Source: an uncultured Nitrososphaerota archaeon (GTDB taxonomy: Archaea > Thermoproteota > Nitrososphaeria > Conexivisphaerales > DTJL01). From it: a stretch of 64,000 bases of DNA. The translations under genes and the position numbers were made by a program. Shown in pieces: positions 59,114-64,000 of the stretch. The stretch spans positions 128,001 through 192,000 of the forward strand of contig CAWJIE010000002.1 in the NCBI GenBank assembly GCA_963842885.1, given 5' to 3'. The notes under the pieces were generated by a model. The model had not been told where the DNA came from. It did no database searches and saw only the letters and a list, made by a program, of their open reading frames with translations. Every line of letters begins with the position of its first letter. The stretch's first letter is position 1.

Positions 59114-61770
59114 GCTGATCCACGCCCTTTCGCCCTAGGCGAAGGGCCGCTCAGCTTGGAGATCAGTTCAGCGAGGTCCGTGATGCCGTGCTCCAACAGG
59201 AAGGAGCGGAACATGACGCGCTCCACCTTGCGGACGCCGTCGGCGTCGTTCCTCATTCCCTGAAACTTCTCCAGCTGCTCGACTGTGGCCTTGGCGAAGA
59301 TTATCAGGAATGTGATGGTCCATGGGTCCACCTGCGGTATCTGGCGGATAGAGATGCTCTTGCTTGCCTCCACGCTGGAGAAGATGTTTAGGGTGCTCGA
59401 AAGGTTCACCTGGAGGTCCTGGTCCCAGAGCCCCTGGGGGATGCCCACAGTCGCCCATATCAGGTCGGAGCGGTAGCCGTCGTTTAGGCCGGCGTAGTTG
59501 GAGACGCTGAATATGCGCATGTAGCTCTTTACCACGTCCCTGAAGCGGTCCCTGTCGACTATCTCCCTGAGTATGCCCTCGCCCTTAAGCGAGGCCTCCT
59601 CCTCCGTGAGTATCTTCTTCAGTATCTTCTCCTGTTCGTCGTCGCTGAGCTCGACGACCCTTTCGAAGTAGCTCCCCGTGCCCGAGATGCTGCTGAGCAT
59701 GCTGTTGAGCTCGGCCGTCTTGCCGACGATAGAGTTAAGAGACTTCCTGTACGGTGAAGTGACTTCGAGGGACTTCTCCAAGGACGTCAGGATGTCCAGC
59801 TCGGAATGGAGCCTGTCCACCTCCGCCTTCCTCTCCTCGAGCGCGGTCTTCTGGGCGCCTATCTCACCCTTCACGGACTCAAGGTGGCGCCGGATGACCT
59901 TCCGTCTGCCGCTGATGTCCAGCCTTATCTTCTGGAGCTCCCCCTTGAGCCTCGTCTCCTCCGTCTCCTTCTGCGCCAAGAGGCGCATGAGGGACTCCAT
60001 CTCCTCCCCCGCCTCCTTGAACCTGGACTCCAGGTTCTTCCTTACCACCCTCACGCCGGGGATGTACTGGTCCGACATCTTGATCTCGGTCTCGGGCTTC
60101 GTCAGAATAGTCCCCGCCGTCTTGAACAGTGGGGTCACCTCCGTCTCGCCCACGGTGACGGCCCTCTTCCCCTCCGGGCTCTGGTCCTTGGCGAAGCGTA
60201 TCTTCAATTCGTCGGCGAGGGCCTTGGTCCTCAGGTACGTGCCGAAGACTTGAATGGCGCCGTTGACCAGGTTGACGAAGTTGATGTAGGAGCGTATCTG
60301 CCTGAGCTGGCTGGAAGTCACGAACTTGCTCGCCGTCAAGCTGCTTTCGACGTCGGCGAGGCTGGCGGCGAGCCCCTTGGTGAAGTCCTCGTAGGTCCTG
60401 CTTATCTCCGAGATGTCCTGGCTCCAGCGGCCTATCTGCTGCATCACGGAGTACTCCACCGTGTCCTCGGAGAAGGCCATGGCCTTCAGCGCCTTGGCCC
60501 ACTTGTCGTTGTAATATGCGGCGAAGTCCTCTATCCCCTTGACCTGCTTCTTGAACTCGAGATCATACTTGCCCGCCCTGTGTATGACGTCCTCCACTTC
60601 GGCGTCGAAGGACTCCGGCCTGTAGTTGTTGATGGAGATGAGGTGCCTCCTGAAAAGCTCCACCAGTTCGATATACCGCCTCTTCAGCACGTCGTCGATC
60701 TGAGAGAGGGACTCCCTCTTGAGGTTGACAAAGGAGCCCACCGACTCCAGGAGCTTCAGGTACTCGTGCAGGTACTTCAGGTAGTCCTCCAGGGGGTAGC
60801 GGATCTTGAGGTAGGCGATGTTGTGGACCCAGTTCTGGCCGAAGTCGTTGTTCGTCCCGACGCGGCTGAGGAGGTCGGCCAGGTCGAAGTTCATCATAAC
60901 ATGGACGATGTCGACGATGGCCCCGTCCAGCTCCTTTTTAGCGCTGAGAAGGGAGCTCTTGTTGTTGTAGACAGGGTCTAGAGGTAGGAAGAACATGGCG
61001 GTGAAGGGGTTCCTGTATGCCCCGCCATACGCCTTGATCACCCGTTCGTTGGCCTCCCTGTCGAAGAGGAGTTGCGCCTCCATCAGCGTAGCATAGGGGG
61101 CCGGTCCCCGGGCTAGGAGGTCGTCGGCCGAGCTAGGGAGTATGCCCAGCCCCACTATTGGGACGGCGGATCCCAGTTTCGCCCTCAGGTGGCGGGCGAA
61201 GTCGAAGATGAGACCGCTCCCCGTGCCTCCTCCCAGCCCGAAGACCAGGAGGACTATGGGCTGATACTTGGAGGTGAGGACCCTGTCCTTGTAGACGGAC
61301 ATCACGCTGTTCAGCTCGACGTAGTGGTAGTAGTTCAGGGCGTACACGGCCTTGCTGAGCGCCCTCTGCCTGCCGACCCCCCCGGCTAGGGGCGGGATGG
61401 ACATGGAGGACTGGATCCACGGCCTGTAATCATTGACGGTGACGCCATCCTTTTCGAGGTACTTGGAGTACTTCTCCATGAACTCGAACAGGGCGTCGGG
61501 GGTGTTGAACTTGATATTCAGGGGCTTGAGCCACAGGCGATCGACGCCGATTCCCTTCTCCTCAAGCTTCGCCATGGCCTCCTTGTAGGAGGCCTGGAGG
61601 GAGACCAGGTCCCCATCGGCCACGTCGAGGGCGAGGCAGGCGATGCGGAAGTCCTCGGTGGCGAGGAGGCGTGCCAAGCGCTCGCTCTCTATGAGAGTCT
61701 GGATGACGTTGGCGCCCGTGCCGCCGAGGCCTATGACGTGGATGGAGGCGAAGACGTTGGCCTTGCTCAT
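59110..61770 (-). CDS. FtsZ/tubulin-like GTPase (FtsZl1/Tubulin_2-type) with long coiled-coil insertion
   Basis: VIGLGGTGANV (T1), AGGVGRQRALS, GLGGGTGSG (T4, 61213-61233) and NFDLAD (T7-like, 60874-60891); 886 aa. Confidence 0.93.
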   Translation of the reverse strand: MSKANVFASIHVIGLGGTGANVIQTLIESERLARLLATEDFRIACLALDVADGDLVSLQASYKEAMAKLEEKGIGVDRLWLKPLNIKFNTPDALFEFMEKYSKYLEKDGVTVNDYRPWIQSSMSIPPLAGGVGRQRALSKAVYALNYYHYVELNSVMSVYKDRVLTSKYQPIVLLVFGLGGGTGSGLIFDFARHLRAKLGSAVPIVGLGILPSSADDLLARGPAPYATLMEAQLLFDREANERVIKAYGGAYRNPFTAMFFLPLDPVYNNKSSLLSAKKELDGAIVDIVHVMMNFDLADLLSRVGTNNDFGQNWVHNIAYLKIRYPLEDYLKYLHEYLKLLESVGSFVNLKRESLSQIDDVLKRRYIELVELFRRHLISINNYRPESFDAEVEDVIHRAGKYDLEFKKQVKGIEDFAAYYNDKWAKALKAMAFSEDTVEYSVMQQIGRWSQDISEISRTYEDFTKGLAASLADVESSLTASKFVTSSQLRQIRSYINFVNLVNGAIQVFGTYLRTKALADELKIRFAKDQSPEGKRAVTVGETEVTPLFKTAGTILTKPETEIKMSDQYIPGVRVVRKNLESRFKEAGEEMESLMRLLAQKETEETRLKGELQKIRLDISGRRKVIRRHLESVKGEIGAQKTALEERKAEVDRLHSELDILTSLEKSLEVTSPYRKSLNSIVGKTAELNSMLSSISGTGSYFERVVELSDDEQEKILKKILTEEEASLKGEGILREIVDRDRFRDVVKSYMRIFSVSNYAGLNDGYRSDLIWATVGIPQGLWDQDLQVNLSSTLNIFSSVEASKSISIRQIPQVDPWTITFLIIFAKATVEQLEKFQGMRNDADGVRKVERVMFRSFLLEHGITDLAELISKLSGPSPRAKGRGSA

Positions 61771-62720
61771 AGGGCGTCACCCAGCTGCTCCTTCAGCTTC
61801 TTCAGGCGCTCCGCCAGCGCCTTGTCGTACTTCCCTGCCGTGACTTCGAGCGACGCCAGCTCCTTCTGGGCGTCGCTGACGATGCTGCCCGCGAAGCCGC
61901 GCCTGGACCTGGTCCTGACCCACATCAGGGCCAGGAGGAAGGCCACCAGCGCCAGGACGACGGTGGAAACCAGCAGCAGGGTGTAGACCGTGGTGCTGGG
62001 CGGGGCGGGGAAGTTCTGCGGATTGAGCGTGTTCAACAAGTCCGTGGCCGTCACGGGGAGGCCTGACGTGTAGATGGTCTGGGCCTGAGCCAGGAGCCTG
62101 TTGACTACGCTGGTGTACGCCGGGTCAATCTGGCCCGAGGAGATGAGGTTGGACTTCTGTGAGTAGGTGTTGAGATAGCTCTGGATGGCGTCGTCCGATA
62201 TCGTGATGCTGTAGTTCGCCACACGGGAGCCACCTGTCACGAAGGCAGTGATCAGGTCGAAGCTGGGCTTGGCGAACCTGAGGCTGAAGGGGATTCCTTC
62301 GCTGTTGTTGAGCACTTGCGTCGTGAAGGTGGCGGGGATGGTGAACACGGCAGAGAGGGTGACCTCACCCTGCACCTGGGTGAATATCACAGCGGGGGAC
62401 CCTGGGGTGAAGGACGCGGGGCTGTATCCAGCGTAACCAGGCGTCAGGACGTACCAGTATTGGGAGCCGCTGAGGGTCATGCTGGGGTCCAGGAAGACCG
62501 TAAAATTGGAGATCGACTGGGTGAACGGGACTTCCAGGGTGATGGTTACGTTGTAGTTGTGACCAGCCAGCAGCGGCTGACCGGCCGCGACGTCCACGTT
62601 CCCCGTGAAGTCATGCACTGAGTAAGCGCTCACCCAGTTCGTCGTAGCGGCATGGGCAGGAATCGCCAGAAAGGCGAGTGACAGAACTAACAGTAGCGAG
62701 AGGCCTCTCTGCCTTCTCAT
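61767..62720 (-). CDS. Single-pass surface protein (signal peptide, beta-sandwich ectodomain, TM, short cytoplasmic coiled coil); first gene of the operon
   Basis: MRRQRGLSLLLVLSLAFLAIPAHA signal; TM LLLVSTVVLALVAFLLALMWV; ATGA overlap with the GTPase. Confidence 0.85.
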   Translation of the reverse strand: MRRQRGLSLLLVLSLAFLAIPAHAATTNWVSAYSVHDFTGNVDVAAGQPLLAGHNYNVTITLEVPFTQSISNFTVFLDPSMTLSGSQYWYVLTPGYAGYSPASFTPGSPAVIFTQVQGEVTLSAVFTIPATFTTQVLNNSEGIPFSLRFAKPSFDLITAFVTGGSRVANYSITISDDAIQSYLNTYSQKSNLISSGQIDPAYTSVVNRLLAQAQTIYTSGLPVTATDLLNTLNPQNFPAPPSTTVYTLLLVSTVVLALVAFLLALMWVRTRSRRGFAGSIVSDAQKELASLEVTAGKYDKALAERLKKLKEQLGDAL

Positions 62721-62723
62721 AAA

Positions 62724-62742
62724 GGAGGTAGAATCTACCTCC
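62724..62742. promoter_or_regulatory. Perfect palindrome GGAGGTAGA-A-TCTACCTCC between the TATA box and the start of the tubulin-like operon
   Basis: 9-bp arms with a 1-bp centre; cttatatt TATA on the minus strand at ~62745-62752. Confidence 0.6.
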
Positions 62743-62893
62743 GAATATAAGCCTAACGTGTGTCGGGTCTTTCAGCTCGAGAGTGGGAGGTGTTGACCTC
62801 CTCCTCTCTACGAAGGCCGGCGCGGGACCAGCAGAGCCTTCGACATGGGAAACTCTTAAGACCTGACTCGCTCCTGTTGACCCGAGCCCGAAG

Positions 62894-63736
62894 ATGAAGG
62901 GGAAGGTCGTCCTGCTCACCGGTGGTAACTCTGGCATCGGCAAGGCCGCCGCCATAGAGCTGGCGAAGATGGGGGCGGAGCTTACCCTGGTCTGCCGCCA
63001 CAGGGAGAGGGCCGAAGCAGCCAAGAGCGAAATAGTCTCTGAAAGCGGCAACTCCTCAGTCGACCTAATCATAGCCGACCTCCTCCCGCAGAGGGAGGTC
63101 AGGAGGGCTGTGGCGGAGTTCCTGTCTTCCCGCACGAGGCTGGACGTCCTGATAAACAACGCGGGGAGCAACTTCCCCAGCTATTCGGAGACTGAGGACG
63201 GTATCGAGAGCGCCATGGCCCTGAATTACTTCGCGCCCTTCCTCCTCACGAACCTCCTGCTGAAGACGCTGGAGTATAGCGCCCCTTCGAGGGTGGTCAA
63301 CGTCTCCTCCGCGGCTCACTTCGGCGCGAACCTAGACCTCAGCGACCTGAACGGGCGAAATGGCGTCGGGATGGGCGGGCTGGGGTCTTACGGCCGGTCG
63401 AAGCTCGCCCTAATGCTGTTCACCAACGAACTGGCGAGGCGCATGGAGAGGAGGGACGTCACGGCCAATTCCCTCCACCCTGGAGCCGTAAGGACCCACA
63501 TCTGGGCCCATTCGGGAACCTTCAGCCCTCTTGTGAGATTCGCCTCCCTCTTCATGATCGGCCCCGAGGAGGGGGCGAAGACGACGGTGTACCTGGCATC
63601 GTCCCCTGAGGTGGAGGGCGTGACAGGGAAGTACTTCGAGAAGTGCAAAGCCAGGCAGTCCTCGGCCAAATCCTATGACGCGGAGCTGGCGGCTAGGCTC
63701 TGGGACATGAGCCTCAAGATGATCGGGCTGGCCTAG
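62894..63736 (+). CDS. SDR oxidoreductase (retinol dehydrogenase/WWOX-like)
   Basis: TGGNSGIG, NNAG, NVSSAAH, YGRSK and LHPGAVRT motifs. Confidence 0.95.
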   Translation: MKGKVVLLTGGNSGIGKAAAIELAKMGAELTLVCRHRERAEAAKSEIVSESGNSSVDLIIADLLPQREVRRAVAEFLSSRTRLDVLINNAGSNFPSYSETEDGIESAMALNYFAPFLLTNLLLKTLEYSAPSRVVNVSSAAHFGANLDLSDLNGRNGVGMGGLGSYGRSKLALMLFTNELARRMERRDVTANSLHPGAVRTHIWAHSGTFSPLVRFASLFMIGPEEGAKTTVYLASSPEVEGVTGKYFEKCKARQSSAKSYDAELAARLWDMSLKMIGLA

Positions 63737-63835
63737 GAAGGCTGCACGTCGTCCGACTCTTCCTCGCCTTCGCGGCCATCTTCGCCCTTGCCTTTATCCG
63801 GCGAGATTCCCTCTGACAGAAAGATGTGAAGCCCG

Positions 63836-64000
63836 TCAGGAGGCCGACACGATGATGATGAGCAGCGCGAGGCCGGCGGAGAAGAGCGCGTGTTTCCATC
63901 TGGCTCCACTCAGAAGCCTGACGGCCAAGGCCGCAGAGACTATCGAGGAAGCCGCCCAGACGACCTCGAACGAGATGGCGTAGAGGCTGGTGCTGACGAA
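63836..64000 (-). CDS. 3' end of a membrane protein entering from beyond the window
   Basis: ...FVSTSLYAISFEVVWAASSIVSAALAVRLLSGARWKHALFSAGLALLIIIVSAS*. Confidence 0.55.
   Translation of the reverse strand, partial: FVSTSLYAISFEVVWAASSIVSAALAVRLLSGARWKHALFSAGLALLIIIVSAS

Noticed and set aside
23098-60981. Long antisense/overlapping ORFs (e.g. 23098..24126, 24895..26058, 59806..60981)
   Set aside because: Shadow ORFs of high-GC genes; no motifs, and they lie opposite well-supported CDSs.

Overview
Archaeal, GC-rich 64-kb accessory-type region, most likely from a Nitrososphaerota (thaumarchaeal)-related lineage. This assignment is inferred from a thaumarchaeosortase-like gene, a CdvB/ESCRT-III paralogue, an AsnRS-like asparagine synthetase and TATA-type promoters. 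No rRNA, tRNA, CRISPR array, transposase or integrase was recognised. Main contents: (1) 0-12 kb, a patchwork of small, mostly secreted or membrane gene modules separated by two families of dispersed non-coding repeats, with an exact 178-bp duplication and a duplicated ~100-bp promoter; (2) an AsnC/asparagine synthetase divergon, a radical SAM gene, and a SpoIIM-like gene next to an orphan CdvB; (3) 23-39 kb, an archaeosortase-associated surface-glycosylation locus with many frameshifts (probably long-read indel errors); (4) a signal peptidase plus two proteins sharing an N-terminal motif (putative SipW/TasA-like fibre operon); (5) a long coiled-coil repeat protein beside a stand-alone Cdc48 N-domain; (6) the best candidate for an undescribed system, a translationally coupled five-gene operon (55004-62720). 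It encodes a surface protein, an 886-aa FtsZ/tubulin-like GTPase with a ~440-aa helical insertion, a polytopic membrane coiled-coil protein, a Zn-ribbon pseudo-tubulin and a PH-like protein. All family calls come from motif recognition by eye; no searches were run.
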